Source: an uncultured Thiotrichales bacterium
GTDB lineage: Bacteria > Pseudomonadota > Gammaproteobacteria > UBA4575
Assembly: GCA_964636225.1 (NCBI GenBank)
Contig: CAZWQM010000001.1
Coordinates: forward strand, 2,717 to 66,716
Direction: 5' to 3'
Length of the DNA stretch: 64,000 nt
The notes under the pieces were generated by a model. It was not told the DNA's origin and did no database searches. It worked only from the letters and a program-made list of their open reading frames with translations. Of the stretch, positions 38,907-50,279 are shown piece by piece. The first letter of the stretch is position 1, and every line of letters starts with the position of its first letter. A program made the position numbers and the translations under genes.

Positions 38907-40325
38907 TTATTCGTTTCTCTCAACATGAGATGATATATACGTGATGGCTTTATCAAGGCGACCAAGCACTCTTTCCTGTCCAATTAACTCGAGTGTAATG
39001 TCTATGGAAGGAGAATTCGCACTGCCACAAACTGACACACGGATGGGCGGGGCTATTTTACCTAATTTCAGCTCTGTTTCTTCGGAATATGCCTGAATAC
39101 ATTGATGGATATTTTCCGCAGTCCACGCAGTTAACTCAGACAGCTTTAATTTTATCGTTTGCAGTATAGGTAGACTACTTTGCGTCAAATGTTTTTGGGC
39201 AGACTTATCATCATACTCATCAAAATCCGCAAAAAAGTACTCACTTTGATTAGCCATTTCCGCGAGCGTTTTTACACGATCTTTTTGTAACTCAACTACT
39301 TTAGTTAATTGCTGAATCGAGTCTGAGTGAATATTTTTTTTGGAAAAAGACAGTTCTAACCAGGACACAAGTTTATTAGTCGGTGCCTGTTTGATGTATT
39401 GTTGATTCAGCCATTGAAGCTTGTCTATATCAAATGCGGCGGCAGACTTGTTTACATTTTCAAGAGAGAATAATGTGATCATTTCCTGCTTGGAAAAAAT
39501 TTCCTGATCGCCATGCGCCCAACCAAGTCGCACCAGATAATTCAGCAGCGCTTCTGGCAGGTAGCCATCATCCTCATAAGCTGAAACACTGACCGCGCCA
39601 TGACGTTTCGACATGCGTTTGCCATCATTGCCAAGAATCATTGGCACATGTGCATATTGGGGTAAATGGCCTCCCAATGCTTCTATCATATTGATTTGCC
39701 GGGGTGTATTGTTTACGTGATCATCACCACGAATAACATGAGTAATATTCATATCCAGATCATCCACAACCACCGTTAAGTTATACGTTGGGGTGCCGTC
39801 GGAGCGTGCAATAATCAGATCATCCAGTTCCGTGTTATTGATGATTATTTCACCCAATACCTGGTCCTGAATAACAACACTTCCCTGCAACGGGTTTTTA
39901 AAGCGGATGACCGGATCGATGCCCTTGGGAATGGTTCCCTTGAAACCGCGGTAACGCCCATCGTAACGTGGTTTTTGTTTATTCTTCTGCTGTTCCTGAC
40001 GCAATGCATCCAACTCTTCCCTGCTGCAGTAACAACGATACGCTTTGCCATCATCCAACAGTTGTTGGATGATCTGATGATAACGATCAAAGCGCTGAGT
40101 TTGATAATAAGGCCCCTCATCGTAATCAAGCCCCAGCCATTCCATTCCACGCAATATGGCATCGACAGATTCCTGCGTAGAGCGTTCCCTGTCAGTGTCT
40201 TCTATACGAAGTACAAATTTCCCATTGTGGTGTCTGGCATACAGCCATGAAAATAATGCTGTGCGCACGCCCCCAATATGTAAGTAACCTGTGGGGCTTG
40301 GAGCAAATCGAGTTTTAACTTCCAT
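38907..40325 (-). CDS. gltX: glutamate--tRNA ligase
   Basis: TRFAPSPTGYLHIGGVRTALFSW (HIGH region), KMSKR motif (…GKRMSKRHG…), 472 aa. Confidence 0.9.
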   Translation of the reverse strand: MEVKTRFAPSPTGYLHIGGVRTALFSWLYARHHNGKFVLRIEDTDRERSTQESVDAILRGMEWLGLDYDEGPYYQTQRFDRYHQIIQQLLDDGKAYRCYCSREELDALRQEQQKNKQKPRYDGRYRGFKGTIPKGIDPVIRFKNPLQGSVVIQDQVLGEIIINNTELDDLIIARSDGTPTYNLTVVVDDLDMNITHVIRGDDHVNNTPRQINMIEALGGHLPQYAHVPMILGNDGKRMSKRHGAVSVSAYEDDGYLPEALLNYLVRLGWAHGDQEIFSKQEMITLFSLENVNKSAAAFDIDKLQWLNQQYIKQAPTNKLVSWLELSFSKKNIHSDSIQQLTKVVELQKDRVKTLAEMANQSEYFFADFDEYDDKSAQKHLTQSSLPILQTIKLKLSELTAWTAENIHQCIQAYSEETELKLGKIAPPIRVSVCGSANSPSIDITLELIGQERVLGRLDKAITYISSHVERNE

Positions 40326-40681
40326 GTAAGTCCTGTGAGATAGAATTACTTTTTATAATTGCGGAATGATAACCCAGACGTGGCTATGAGATAAATTTGT
40401 TTTGTCGTTTAACGACTAATGTATTAGATTAGATTTTCTTCGTCTTCTTCGGGCACTCGTCCCAGGCTAATGTTTCCCAGCCCCCATAATGCGACTTCTT
40501 CCCTTCTAACATAAACATTGCGTCCTTATTGCGTCATTTGCGCAATTTAATAATCCCATGTGTTAACTATATTTATAATATTTTGTTAGAGTGCAAACTG
40601 TTTTGAAGTGTTTAACAGAATAAAATCCATGAAAAACATAACTTTAACTCGTATCTTATAGTAAAGAGTTGATTTTGAGTA

Positions 40682-41164
40682 TTAGTTTACCAGCTGGATT
40701 AGAACTTCAAGCGATAACAAGGCAAATATTCCCGCCATTAGGTCATCCAGAACAATACCTACGCCACCTGAGATCGCTTTATCCAGATATTTAATCGGCC
40801 AGGGTTTGAAAATATCAAATAAGCGAAACAGCAAAAACCCGGCAACAATCCACTGCCAGTCCTTGGGAGCCAGTGCCATAGTTAGCAGATAACCGCATAT
40901 CTCATCAATGACAATACCTCCATGATCGTGAATGCCCAGTAATTGAGCAGACTTGCCGGCAATATAAAAGCTGAAAAGTGTGATCACAATCAGGCATCCC
41001 AGATAAGTGGTCAAATTTAAAGGTTCCAGTATTAGGTAGATCGGAATAGCGACAAGTGTGCCAAATGTTCCGGGAGCTTTTGGCGCCAGGCCGCTGCCAA
41101 AGCCAAAGGCAAGTAAATGTATTGGATGAGTCAGGATAGTTTTCCAGTCTGGAGTATGATTCAT
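40682..41164 (-). CDS. pgpA: phosphatidylglycerophosphatase A
   Basis: 160 aa, PgpA signature (…GSGLAPKAPGTFGTL…HDHGGIVIDEI…). Confidence 0.8.
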   Translation of the reverse strand: MNHTPDWKTILTHPIHLLAFGFGSGLAPKAPGTFGTLVAIPIYLILEPLNLTTYLGCLIVITLFSFYIAGKSAQLLGIHDHGGIVIDEICGYLLTMALAPKDWQWIVAGFLLFRLFDIFKPWPIKYLDKAISGGVGIVLDDLMAGIFALLSLEVLIQLVN

Positions 41165-42123
41165 TTTTTGTTTTTAAAGTGATCGTATCCAGAAGATTCT
41201 GGATAGTTTACTGGCTGGTTTCCCTGATATAACTCAATTGGCTTGTCTTCTGTGATTTTACCAATGGACGATATTTTACAGTGATGTTTATTGGCAAGTG
41301 AATAGATAGCTTCCGCATGATGTGTCGCGGCGGTAAATAATAATTCGTAATCTTCACCCCCGGTAATAGCTTTCATAACATCAAATTCTAAACCATCAGA
41401 AACAGTATCAAGAGGAATTTGATCCAATTGAATTTCAGCACCTGTTTGACCAGCGGCACAAATTAGTTCTAACTCATGCAGTAATCCGTCAGAAATATCG
41501 ATCGCTGAAGTAGCCACTTCACGCAGGTCTTGTGCCAGCTTTATACGTGAAGGGGGCATATACAATGCGCTGTACTGGCTTTCAGTAAGATTATCATGAC
41601 TGTAATTATGTTGTTGTAAATACTCCAGAGCCTGGGCCGCGGAGCCTATAACACCCGTCACGAAGATTTCGTCGTTGACCTGAGCGCCGCTGCGCAGCAT
41701 GGATTTATTGGATGGAATTTCTGCAATCAGTTGAACAGATAGTGCCAGACAATCACCGCGGGTGGTGTCACCGCCAATCAAAGAAATATTCTGTGATTGT
41801 GCGCAGTCCTTAAGTCCCATGGAGAATTGCTCCAGCCATTCTTCATCTGCATGCGTTAATATCAGGTTCAGAGTGGCCCAGCGCGGTTCGGCACCCATAG
41901 CCGCAATATCACTGATATTAACTGCCATCAATTTATAACCAATGGCATAAGGTGGTGTTTTTTCTGTGAAATGACAACCTTCTAGCATGGTGTCTGTAGT
42001 AATGACTAGCTGATGGTTTGGGCGAACAGTAACAATCGCCGCATCGTCCCCTATTCCTGCAATGATAGAATTATCATTGCAGCGTTTTATAAAATACTTT
42101 TCAATAAGATCTTTTTCGTTCAC
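41161..42123 (-). CDS. thiL: thiamine-monophosphate kinase
   Basis: AIR-synthase-like fold and the GDDAAIV motif (IGDDAAIVTV). Overlaps nusB and pgpA by 4 bp each. Confidence 0.85.
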   Translation of the reverse strand: MNEKDLIEKYFIKRCNDNSIIAGIGDDAAIVTVRPNHQLVITTDTMLEGCHFTEKTPPYAIGYKLMAVNISDIAAMGAEPRWATLNLILTHADEEWLEQFSMGLKDCAQSQNISLIGGDTTRGDCLALSVQLIAEIPSNKSMLRSGAQVNDEIFVTGVIGSAAQALEYLQQHNYSHDNLTESQYSALYMPPSRIKLAQDLREVATSAIDISDGLLHELELICAAGQTGAEIQLDQIPLDTVSDGLEFDVMKAITGGEDYELLFTAATHHAEAIYSLANKHHCKISSIGKITEDKPIELYQGNQPVNYPESSGYDHFKNKK

Positions 42124-42572
42124 ATTTGAATGAGCATTTTTTTACGATCGTACTTTTTCATCAGCTTGTCTAGAATGACGTTCACGAGTTTAAAGCCTTC
42201 ATCTGAACCAAATTTTTTACATAGCCGAATCGCTTCTGAAATGATGACTTTTTCCGGTATCTGAATGCAGTTGATGAATTCATAAGTTGCAATACGCAAA
42301 GCCGACAGTTCGATTGGATCAATTGTATCGACATCATATTCCGATGCTGCGTTGATGTTTTCATCAATCTGTTCAGACTGCTGAATACTGCCAGTCACTA
42401 ACTGCGCAAAATAATCAGTATCCGATTTGGGCCAATACTCATCTTCCTGATATTGTTTCACCAGAGTGTCCGGCTGCTCCTGTGTTAACTGCCATTGATA
42501 CATTGCTTGCAACGCCAGTCTTCTTGAGCACTGCCGCTTATGAAATAAAATTCTGTCACTCTCCTGTGTCAA
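42120..42572 (-). CDS. nusB: transcription antitermination factor NusB
   Basis: ARRLALQAMYQW… NusB signature, 150 aa. Confidence 0.85.
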   Translation of the reverse strand: MTQESDRILFHKRQCSRRLALQAMYQWQLTQEQPDTLVKQYQEDEYWPKSDTDYFAQLVTGSIQQSEQIDENINAASEYDVDTIDPIELSALRIATYEFINCIQIPEKVIISEAIRLCKKFGSDEGFKLVNVILDKLMKKYDRKKMLIQM

Positions 42573-43054
42573 GACGATTTCCGAATGCGTTTAATAACAT
42601 TACACATTTCCAGTGCACATAATGCACAGTCAACGCCTTTATTTTCCCCATCCAGCTGTGAGCGAAGCTGGGCTTGTTCAGGTGTATTTGTAGTGAGCAC
42701 ACCAAATATCACAGGAATTCCGGTGCTTATGCTGACATCCATAATACCGCGCGCGCATTCACCTGCTACAAAATCAAAATGCGGCGTATCGCCCTGAATG
42801 ACGCAGCCCAAAGTGATAATGGCATCGTAATCTACTTCAGCATCGACAAGATGCATCGCGGCCAATGGTATTTCAAAAGCACCGGGTACGTAGACGACCT
42901 CGATGTTCTTCTTGGATACGCCGTGTTTTTCAAGTGTATCTAGAGTACCCTGTAGAAGGTTATTCACAATATCGCTATTAAATCTCGCGGCTACAATCGC
43001 AAAACGGGCATTACCTGGACTCAAATCTCCAGTGGGTATTTTGTCTAGTTTCAT
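42569..43054 (-). CDS. ribH: 6,7-dimethyl-8-ribityllumazine synthase
   Basis: ARFAIVAARFNSDIVNNLL…VPGAFEIPLAA…LGCVIQGDTPHFDFV. Classic RibH. Confidence 0.9.
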   Translation of the reverse strand: MKLDKIPTGDLSPGNARFAIVAARFNSDIVNNLLQGTLDTLEKHGVSKKNIEVVYVPGAFEIPLAAMHLVDAEVDYDAIITLGCVIQGDTPHFDFVAGECARGIMDVSISTGIPVIFGVLTTNTPEQAQLRSQLDGENKGVDCALCALEMCNVIKRIRKSS

Positions 43055-44173
43055 TTATTTCTGTTTTCCATCTACATATTCGACAACTTCCAGACCAAAA
43101 CCTCCCAACCCATGGAACACCTGAGGTGCACTTAGCAGTCTCATTTTTTGTACACCGATATCGGCAAGGATCTGACCACCCACTCCTAATGTCCAGCGAT
43201 CTGCAGGGGTATCACTGGAACTCGATTGAGTGTTATTTTTACTTGCGTTGAGATCTAAAAGTTGTTGACAAAGTGATTCACTGTCATTGGAAATTCTTAA
43301 CACTACGGCGACACCTACACCCTCTTCTGCGATTCGCCGTAAAGCATCACGTAATGGCCAGCCACAGCATTCACTGTTTCCCAACAAGGTATCGCATAAA
43401 GTATTTTCAATATGCACGCGAGTAAGCGTAGGTTTGTCTGAATCGATTTGACCTTTCACCAGAGCAAAATGTACTTCTTTGTTTATGGTGTCTTTATACG
43501 TAATCAATTCAAACTCGCCACAATCAGTTGAAAATGGTTGTTCGGATGTTCTATAGACGGTTCGTTCGTGCTGGATACGATAACGAATAAGATCTTCAAT
43601 TGTGCCGATTTTGAGGTTATGTTCCTGAGCAAATTTTTCCAACTGAGGACGACGTGCCATGGAACCATCTTCATCCATAATTTCAACAATGACTGCAGCC
43701 GGTTCCAATTGAGCCAGACGTGCATAATCACAACCGGCTTCGGTATGTCCAGCGCGAGTCAATACACCACCGCTTTGCGCCATCAAAGGAAAAATATGAC
43801 CGGGTTGAGTAATACTTTTACTGTTGGCATTAGGAGCTACTGCGGTTCGTATCGTATGCGCGCGATCGTAAGCGGAAATTCCTGTAGTAACGCCCTCGCT
43901 AGCTTCGATAGAAACTGTAAAATTAGTGGTATGATCGGCGTCCGTAACATCCACCATCAGGGGTAAACTCAGTTGCTGGCAACGCTCCTTGGTTAAGGTT
44001 AGACAGATTAACCCGCGACCATATTTAGCCATGAAGTTAATATCTTCCGGTCTCACCATGGAAGCTGCCATGAGTAAATCACCTTCGTTTTCACGATCTT
44101 CGTCATCAACAATGACTACCATCTTGCCGGCAGCAATATCTTCAACGATTTCTTCTGTTGAATTGAATTTCAT
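43055..44173 (-). CDS. ribBA: bifunctional 3,4-dihydroxy-2-butanone-4-phosphate synthase / GTP cyclohydrolase II
   Basis: N-terminal DHBP synthase (VVIVDDEDRENEGDL) and C-terminal GTP cyclohydrolase II (…RVHIENTLCDTLLG…). Confidence 0.9.
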   Translation of the reverse strand: MKFNSTEEIVEDIAAGKMVVIVDDEDRENEGDLLMAASMVRPEDINFMAKYGRGLICLTLTKERCQQLSLPLMVDVTDADHTTNFTVSIEASEGVTTGISAYDRAHTIRTAVAPNANSKSITQPGHIFPLMAQSGGVLTRAGHTEAGCDYARLAQLEPAAVIVEIMDEDGSMARRPQLEKFAQEHNLKIGTIEDLIRYRIQHERTVYRTSEQPFSTDCGEFELITYKDTINKEVHFALVKGQIDSDKPTLTRVHIENTLCDTLLGNSECCGWPLRDALRRIAEEGVGVAVVLRISNDSESLCQQLLDLNASKNNTQSSSSDTPADRWTLGVGGQILADIGVQKMRLLSAPQVFHGLGGFGLEVVEYVDGKQK

Positions 44174-44176
44174 AAA

Positions 44177-44776
44177 TCAGGAATTAGTATAAGTGTGTAG
44201 TCGCTCGACATAGCGAGCGATGAGATCTATTTCTAAATTAACACGTGTATTTTTTTGATAATCAATTATAGCGGTATTCTCAATCGTGTGCGGGATAATA
44301 TTGACGCTGAAATCATTGGCTTCGACATCATTGACTGTAAGGCTGACGCCATCTATACAGATTGAACCTTTTTTAGCAATATAGCGGGCAATCTCCGCAG
44401 GGGCATTCACAGTAATACGGGTTGAGTTGCTTTCTTCCTCAAGTGATTTAACCCTGCCAACACCATCGACATGTCCTGTCACAAGATGACCACCCAGATG
44501 GTCAGATAGGGTTAACGCCAGTTCTAGGTTAACTTTACTTTCCACGGCTAATTGATCCAGTGACGTGCAGCGCATTGTCTCAGCAGAAACGTTTGCATTA
44601 AATACATTGTCATTGTATGAGACGACAGTCAGGCAAATTCCCTGTACACAAATGCTGTCGCCTTTTTTGACATTTGCCAGAAAATGATCAGGAGTCGTTA
44701 TTGATAACTCACAAGCACCTGCATTTGTTTTAATGTTATCAACGATACCTATAGCCTGAACAATACCTGTAAACAC
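44177..44776 (-). CDS. ribE: riboflavin synthase alpha subunit
   Basis: MFTGIVQAIG…, internal duplicated lumazine-binding repeats (GDSICVQGICLTV / GSICIDGVSLTV). Confidence 0.85.
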   Translation of the reverse strand: MFTGIVQAIGIVDNIKTNAGACELSITTPDHFLANVKKGDSICVQGICLTVVSYNDNVFNANVSAETMRCTSLDQLAVESKVNLELALTLSDHLGGHLVTGHVDGVGRVKSLEEESNSTRITVNAPAEIARYIAKKGSICIDGVSLTVNDVEANDFSVNIIPHTIENTAIIDYQKNTRVNLEIDLIARYVERLHTYTNS

Positions 44777-44780
44777 TGCT

Positions 44781-45353
44781 TTATCCTTTTAGATCAATAC
44801 AATATTTAGTCATAGGCAATGCCGTACTGGTATGGAACTCTGCGCTGGCTTCGATAGCACAGGTGGCAATTTTTTCAGCATCTGCTTCGGTTTTATACAT
44901 AGCATACAACGCTCCCAGGGCAATTTCTGCACCTGCACCTATTGCCCAGAAATTGTTGTACTGGAAAACTTCGCGCAATGAATAAATACCGAATATTCCA
45001 TATTTATTCACGATCAGTGCATCTATGCGTGAAGACTCATAGGCATCATCGTCATCATCTTTCGGGTTTAGAAAGTACTGATCTTTCAGAATGGGGTGCA
45101 AATGTAAAAAAGTTTTATATACACCAATTGAAGAGTTTAAATCAATTTGTTCTGACTCTTTTTCAAATACATGCTGAATCACCATATGATGAGCTGCGCT
45201 ACCGACAATGCCAATATAATTGTCTTGATGCTTAAGTATTTTATCACTTGTCAAATCGTATTCATCACTTTGACGAATATCACCAAACGTAGTTAATGTA
45301 TCTGCGGCAATGCAGATTTTTCCGTTTTTTTGTACAGCAGCTATTGTCGACAT
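44781..45353 (-). CDS. HslV-like Ntn-hydrolase (proteasome beta-type) family protein, orphan
   Basis: The N-terminus STIAAVQKNGKICIAADTLTTFGD aligns with HslV [24 protein letters not shown], including the catalytic N-terminal Thr/Ser position. 190 aa. There is no hslU nearby. Confidence 0.5.
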   Translation of the reverse strand: MSTIAAVQKNGKICIAADTLTTFGDIRQSDEYDLTSDKILKHQDNYIGIVGSAAHHMVIQHVFEKESEQIDLNSSIGVYKTFLHLHPILKDQYFLNPKDDDDDAYESSRIDALIVNKYGIFGIYSLREVFQYNNFWAIGAGAEIALGALYAMYKTEADAEKIATCAIEASAEFHTSTALPMTKYCIDLKG

Positions 45354-45365
45354 GCTTAATAAAAT

Positions 45366-46478
45366 TTAATAATTAACTTTAGAGGTTATTTTCAAATCGT
45401 GCCCTATTTGACGAATATCGGAATAATCAAGCGTAATGCAATCATCCATCTGCTTGATTTCTTCGATGTCCAGCATGCCTTTTGAAAGATTTCCCATCAG
45501 TTTAGGTGAAGTATAATGTATCAGTTCATCTACACATCTGGCATTGAAAAATTCTCCCGCCAAGCCTGCGCCTGCTTCAATCAGAACAGAATTAATTTCC
45601 AGCGTCGCCAGCTTTTCAAGCACTTTTTTCAATTCAAACCTTCCTTGATTGGCCGGCAATGTAAAAATACGACAATTATTCATTTTATCGAGTATCCCTG
45701 TTTCATTATTTTCTTCGGTAAAAATGATGACTTGTCCTGATACGTTAAATACTTTTGCATGTGCAGTTATTTCAAGCTTTGGATCGATAATCACTCTATA
45801 AGGCTGTATTACAGAACCTTCAATACGCAGTTGTTGGCTATCCAGACGTACGTTTAACGAAGGGTCATCAGCAGTAATCGTTCCAATGCCAGTCAGTATC
45901 GCATCATGCCGCGCTCTCAGTTTCTGAACATCCAAACGCGCCGACTCTGAAGTAATCCATTTGGACTGTCTGTTATTTAAAGCAGTACGACCATCCATGC
46001 TGGTAGCCATTTTAACCGTCACCCAAGGCAGCCCCAGAGTCATACGTTTTATAAAACCCGGATTTAGTTTTTTAGCCTGCTCATCAGCCAATCCGGTACT
46101 GACATTAATCCCATTATCTTCGAGCTGTTTGATACCTTTCCCAGTAACCAGTGGATTGGGATCTTTCATCGCGATCACCACACGGTGAAGCTTTGCGTCT
46201 AACAATGCCTGGGTACAAGGCCCTGTTCTTCCCTGATGACAACAGGGTTCCAGTGTCACATAAGCGGTTCCATCAGCAGCATGCTCACCGGCCTGCTGGA
46301 GCGCCATGATCTCGGCATGAGGTTCCCCTGCACGTGCATGAAAACCTGTGCCCACGATGTCTCCATCACGATTGGTAATCACGCAACCGACATTTGGATT
46401 GGGGCGGGTTGTATATTGGCCGCGTTTGGCAAGGCGTAACGCCAGTGACATACACTCGACATCGCGGTAATTGCTCAT
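45366..46478 (-). CDS. ribD: bifunctional diaminohydroxyphosphoribosylaminopyrimidine deaminase / 5-amino-6-(5-phosphoribosylamino)uracil reductase
   Basis: CMP/dCMP deaminase zinc motif HAEIMAL…LEPCCHQGRTGPC plus a C-terminal reductase domain. Confidence 0.9.
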   Translation of the reverse strand: MSNYRDVECMSLALRLAKRGQYTTRPNPNVGCVITNRDGDIVGTGFHARAGEPHAEIMALQQAGEHAADGTAYVTLEPCCHQGRTGPCTQALLDAKLHRVVIAMKDPNPLVTGKGIKQLEDNGINVSTGLADEQAKKLNPGFIKRMTLGLPWVTVKMATSMDGRTALNNRQSKWITSESARLDVQKLRARHDAILTGIGTITADDPSLNVRLDSQQLRIEGSVIQPYRVIIDPKLEITAHAKVFNVSGQVIIFTEENNETGILDKMNNCRIFTLPANQGRFELKKVLEKLATLEINSVLIEAGAGLAGEFFNARCVDELIHYTSPKLMGNLSKGMLDIEEIKQMDDCITLDYSDIRQIGHDLKITSKVNY

Positions 46479-46485
46479 GTCGATG

Positions 46486-46986
46486 TTAGCTGTCAGATAT
46501 CAAGGATAATTGACTTTTGCGCATTTCCGGAGAGAGATCATTTTCAACATGCTCAATGATTTCTCGAAATTCCTGTACATCGGTAAACGATCGGTACACC
46601 GAGGCAAAACGGACGTAAGCGACTTGATCGACATTGCGCAATTCATGCATTACCCATTCACCTAACTGATTGGCAGGAACTTCTCTGTCACCGTAGGCAA
46701 GACAAAGCCTGCGAATGTGATTAATGATTTTTTCTACCTGATCGGTAGCGACGGGCCTCTTTTCAATCGCATGAATAATGCCTGAACGCAGTTTGTCGGT
46801 TGTAAATGTTTCGCGTCGACCATCACGCTTAACAATTCTTGGCAGATCCAGTTCCGCCGTCTCAAAAGTTGTGTAGCGTTCTTTACACTGTACACACTCT
46901 CTGCGACGGCGGACTTGACTGCCATCTCCCGCCAGACGGGAATCGATTACTCTAGTATCGTTTGCCCCACAAAATGGACAGCGCAT
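46486..46986 (-). CDS. nrdR: transcriptional repressor NrdR
   Basis: [18 protein letters not shown]… zinc ribbon plus an ATP-cone. Confidence 0.9.
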   Translation of the reverse strand: MRCPFCGANDTRVIDSRLAGDGSQVRRRRECVQCKERYTTFETAELDLPRIVKRDGRRETFTTDKLRSGIIHAIEKRPVATDQVEKIINHIRRLCLAYGDREVPANQLGEWVMHELRNVDQVAYVRFASVYRSFTDVQEFREIIEHVENDLSPEMRKSQLSLISDS

Positions 46987-47026
46987 GATAGTCCTCTAGA
47001 ATAAATCGCGTATCAGACAAAAGTTT

Positions 47027-48283
47027 TTAAGAAGCGTAAACCGGGAACCGTTTACACAGATCAAGTACCTGCTGTTTAACGCGGTTGATCACTTCTTCAT
47101 TTTCCATGTCGTCCATTACATCACACATCCAGTTAACCAGCTCCACACACTCGGCTTCCTTGAAACCGCGAGTCGTAATGGCCGGCGAGCCGACGCGAAT
47201 ACCACTGGTAACGAAGGGAGATTGTGGGTCATTTGGTACGGTATTCTTGTTGACGGTGATGTTAGCACTGCCTAAAGCTGCATCAGCCGCTTTACCTGTG
47301 ATGCCTTTGCTAATCAGGCTGACCAGCATTAAATGGTCATCAGTGCCGTTGGACACGATGTCATAACCAAGGCTCTGGAATTGTGCGGCCATTGCCTTGG
47401 CGTTCTTCAGTACCTGTTCCTGATATGCCTTGAATTCTGGTTCTAACGCTTCCTTGAAGGCCACTGCTTTAGCTGCAATCACATGCATTAAAGGTCCGCC
47501 CTGCATGCCTGGGAAAACAGCAGAATTGAGTTTCTTGGTAATCTCTTCGTTTTCACGAGCAATAATAAACCCGCCACGTGGTCCACGTAGTGTTTTATGA
47601 GTCGTGGAAGTGACTACGTCCGCAATAGGAACCGGATTCGGGTATAAGCCTGTGGCTACTAATCCAGATACATGCGCCATATCCACCAGGAAGTAAGCAC
47701 CTACGCTATCAGCAATATCACGAAAACGCTGCCAGTCCATAACGCGTGAATAAGCAGAAAAACCGGCAATAATCATTTTTGGTTTATGCTTTTTGGCCAG
47801 TCTTTCAACTTCGTCATAGTCCACTTCACCCGTTTCCGGATTCAGACCGTACTGAACTGCGTTGAACTGCTTGCCTGAAAAGTTCACATGTGAACCATGA
47901 GTCAGGTGGCCACCGTGTGCCAGAGACATACCAAGTACCGTGTCATTAGGCTCCAGAAGAGCGAGAAATACAGCTGCGTTGGCTTGAGATCCGGAGTGAG
48001 GTTGAACGTTGGCGTAATCTGCGTTGAACAGTTTCTTAAGGCGGTCAATCGCAAGCTGCTCTACTGTATCGACGTGCTCACAGCCACCATAGTAACGTTT
48101 GGCAGGATATCCTTCGGCATATTTGTTGGTTAACACAGTTCCCTGTGCTTCCATAACGCGTGGGCTTGCATAGTTCTCTGAAGCAATTAATTCAATATGC
48201 TCTTCCTGACGCTTCATTTCACTTTTGATTGCATCAGATAATTCTTTGTCGAAGTTACTGATACCCATATCGGCTGAAAACAT
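47027..48283 (-). CDS. glyA: serine hydroxymethyltransferase
   Basis: [15 protein letters not shown]…[16 protein letters not shown]-Lys region [12 protein letters not shown]. 418 aa. Confidence 0.95.
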   Translation of the reverse strand: MFSADMGISNFDKELSDAIKSEMKRQEEHIELIASENYASPRVMEAQGTVLTNKYAEGYPAKRYYGGCEHVDTVEQLAIDRLKKLFNADYANVQPHSGSQANAAVFLALLEPNDTVLGMSLAHGGHLTHGSHVNFSGKQFNAVQYGLNPETGEVDYDEVERLAKKHKPKMIIAGFSAYSRVMDWQRFRDIADSVGAYFLVDMAHVSGLVATGLYPNPVPIADVVTSTTHKTLRGPRGGFIIARENEEITKKLNSAVFPGMQGGPLMHVIAAKAVAFKEALEPEFKAYQEQVLKNAKAMAAQFQSLGYDIVSNGTDDHLMLVSLISKGITGKAADAALGSANITVNKNTVPNDPQSPFVTSGIRVGSPAITTRGFKEAECVELVNWMCDVMDDMENEEVINRVKQQVLDLCKRFPVYAS

Positions 48284-48504
48284 GTAAATACTCCTGTTTT
48301 AAATATAGTCAAAATCCATAATCGCGCGATTATACCCCAAAATATTGTGGATGAACTAACCCGAGTGGTCTATATCGCTAAGCGGCTCTGAAGTTTTGGG
48401 ATAGTGCTTACTCGGCTGGACGAAACCGGCAATTTTTGAAATTATATCCGTCTTCAAAGTCTGCTTGTTCTGATTAAATATCGACCTATTATATAGAGTA
48501 TTTT

Positions 48505-50178
48505 ATGGCCCAATATGTATTTTCCATGAGTGGCGTAGGCAAAGTTGTGCCGCCCAAAACTGAAATTCTGAAAGATATTTCTCTTAATTTTTTTCCCGGC
48601 GCCAAAATAGGTGTACTCGGCTATAACGGCGCGGGCAAATCCACCCTGTTGCGCATTATGGCCGGGGTCGATAAAGAACATCTGGGCGAAGCACGCCCAC
48701 AAGCCAATCTGAATATTGGTTACCTGCAGCAGGAACCCGAACTGGATAAATCTTTGAATGTTCGAGGCAATGTCGAGCTGGGTATTGCACCTCTCAAGCA
48801 GGCGTTGGATGAATTTAATGAAATCAGCATGAAATTTGCCGAACCCATGTCCGATGATGAGATGACGGCACTTTTGGAAAAACAGGCCGAACTTCAAGAC
48901 AAGATTGAAGCCGCCGATGGCTGGAATTTGGAACGCAAACTGGAAGTGGCTGCGGATGCACTTCGGCTGCCTGACTGGAACGCAAACATTGAACACCTAT
49001 CGGGTGGTGAACGTCGGCGCGTGGCACTTTGTCAGCTACTCCTTTCCAATCCTGATATGTTGATTCTTGATGAGCCGACCAACCATCTGGATGCTGATTC
49101 GGTGTCTTGGCTGGAGCAATACCTGAAAGATTATTCGGGTACCGTCGTGGCTGTTACTCATGATCGTTATTTTCTGGATAACGTTGCCGGTTGGATTCTT
49201 GAACTGGATCGTGGTTACGGCATACCCTGGGAAGGTAATTACTCCAGCTGGCTGGATCAAAAAGAACGACGTTTGCAACAGGAAGAAAAACAGCAGCAGG
49301 CACGCAAGAAAACGATTTCTGCAGAACTCGAATGGGTGCGCAGCAATCCAAAAGCGCGACAGGCAAAAAGCAAAGCACGCCTGAAGCGTTTTGAAGAGTT
49401 AAATTCCCAGGAATATCAGAAGCGCGCTGAAACTAACGAGATATTTATTCCTGTGGGCGACCGATTGGGTGACCAGATTATTGAAGCCAAAGGATTAACA
49501 AAGCAATTTGATGGCCGTGTCCTTTTTGATGACGTGTCATTTAATATTCCACGAGGTGCCATTGTAGGTGTGATTGGTGGAAACGGTGTGGGTAAAACTA
49601 CTCTTTTTAAAATGATCGCAGGTCAGGAACAGGTCGATAGTGGCGAGTTAAAGGTGGGCGAATCGGTCAAACTTTCTTATGTCGATCAACTGCGTGATGA
49701 TCTGCAAGGTGAAAATACCGTCTGGCAAGAAATCTCGGACGGTCTGGATGTAATTACTGTGGGTAATCACACTATGCAATCCAGAAGTTATGTAGGCCGA
49801 TTTAATTTTAAAGGTAGCGGTCAACAAAAACTGGTTAAAGAACTCTCCGGTGGAGAGCGAAATCGCTTACAACTGGCAAAATTACTACGTAAAGGTGGGA
49901 ATGTTCTGTTACTGGATGAACCTACCAACGATCTTGATGTTGAAACACTGCGAGCACTTGAAGAAGGCTTGCTGAACTTTCCTGGCAGCGCCATTGTTAT
50001 TTCTCATGATCGCTGGTTTTTGGACCGCATTGCCACGCATATCCTCGCGTTTGAAGATGAGGGTAACGTGCACTGGTTTGAAGGAAACTTTAGCGAGTAC
50101 GAAGAAGATCGCAAAAAAAGACTGGGGGAAGACGCCAGTCAGCCACGCCGAGTGCGTTATAAAAAAATTGATGCTTAA
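48505..50178 (+). CDS. ettA: energy-dependent translational throttle protein EttA (ABC-F)
   Basis: [27 protein letters not shown]…[16 protein letters not shown], two ABC cassettes, EttA arm insertion. 557 aa. Confidence 0.9.
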   Translation: MAQYVFSMSGVGKVVPPKTEILKDISLNFFPGAKIGVLGYNGAGKSTLLRIMAGVDKEHLGEARPQANLNIGYLQQEPELDKSLNVRGNVELGIAPLKQALDEFNEISMKFAEPMSDDEMTALLEKQAELQDKIEAADGWNLERKLEVAADALRLPDWNANIEHLSGGERRRVALCQLLLSNPDMLILDEPTNHLDADSVSWLEQYLKDYSGTVVAVTHDRYFLDNVAGWILELDRGYGIPWEGNYSSWLDQKERRLQQEEKQQQARKKTISAELEWVRSNPKARQAKSKARLKRFEELNSQEYQKRAETNEIFIPVGDRLGDQIIEAKGLTKQFDGRVLFDDVSFNIPRGAIVGVIGGNGVGKTTLFKMIAGQEQVDSGELKVGESVKLSYVDQLRDDLQGENTVWQEISDGLDVITVGNHTMQSRSYVGRFNFKGSGQQKLVKELSGGERNRLQLAKLLRKGGNVLLLDEPTNDLDVETLRALEEGLLNFPGSAIVISHDRWFLDRIATHILAFEDEGNVHWFEGNFSEYEEDRKKRLGEDASQPRRVRYKKIDA

Positions 50179-50185
50179 ATTAAAA

Positions 50186-50225
50186 CGCCCACTATGGAAT
50201 CCACAGCGGGCGTTATTTTTGGACA
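50186..50225. terminator. candidate bidirectional rho-independent terminator between ettA and the convergent small gene
   Basis: AACGCCCACTATGG-AATC-CACAGCGGGCGTT is an imperfect GC-rich hairpin followed by ATTTTTGG on the plus strand and by TTTTAATTT on the minus strand. Confidence 0.4.
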
Positions 50226-50279
50226 GTTAACCTTACGGTTTCAAAGTAAGATAGAGCACCTACATCAGCAATATGATTT

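Noticed and set aside
43055-46478. An FMN riboswitch associated with the rib genes
   Set aside because: The rib genes are internal to the nrdR-led operon with short or overlapping junctions. No candidate aptamer-sized leader is available.
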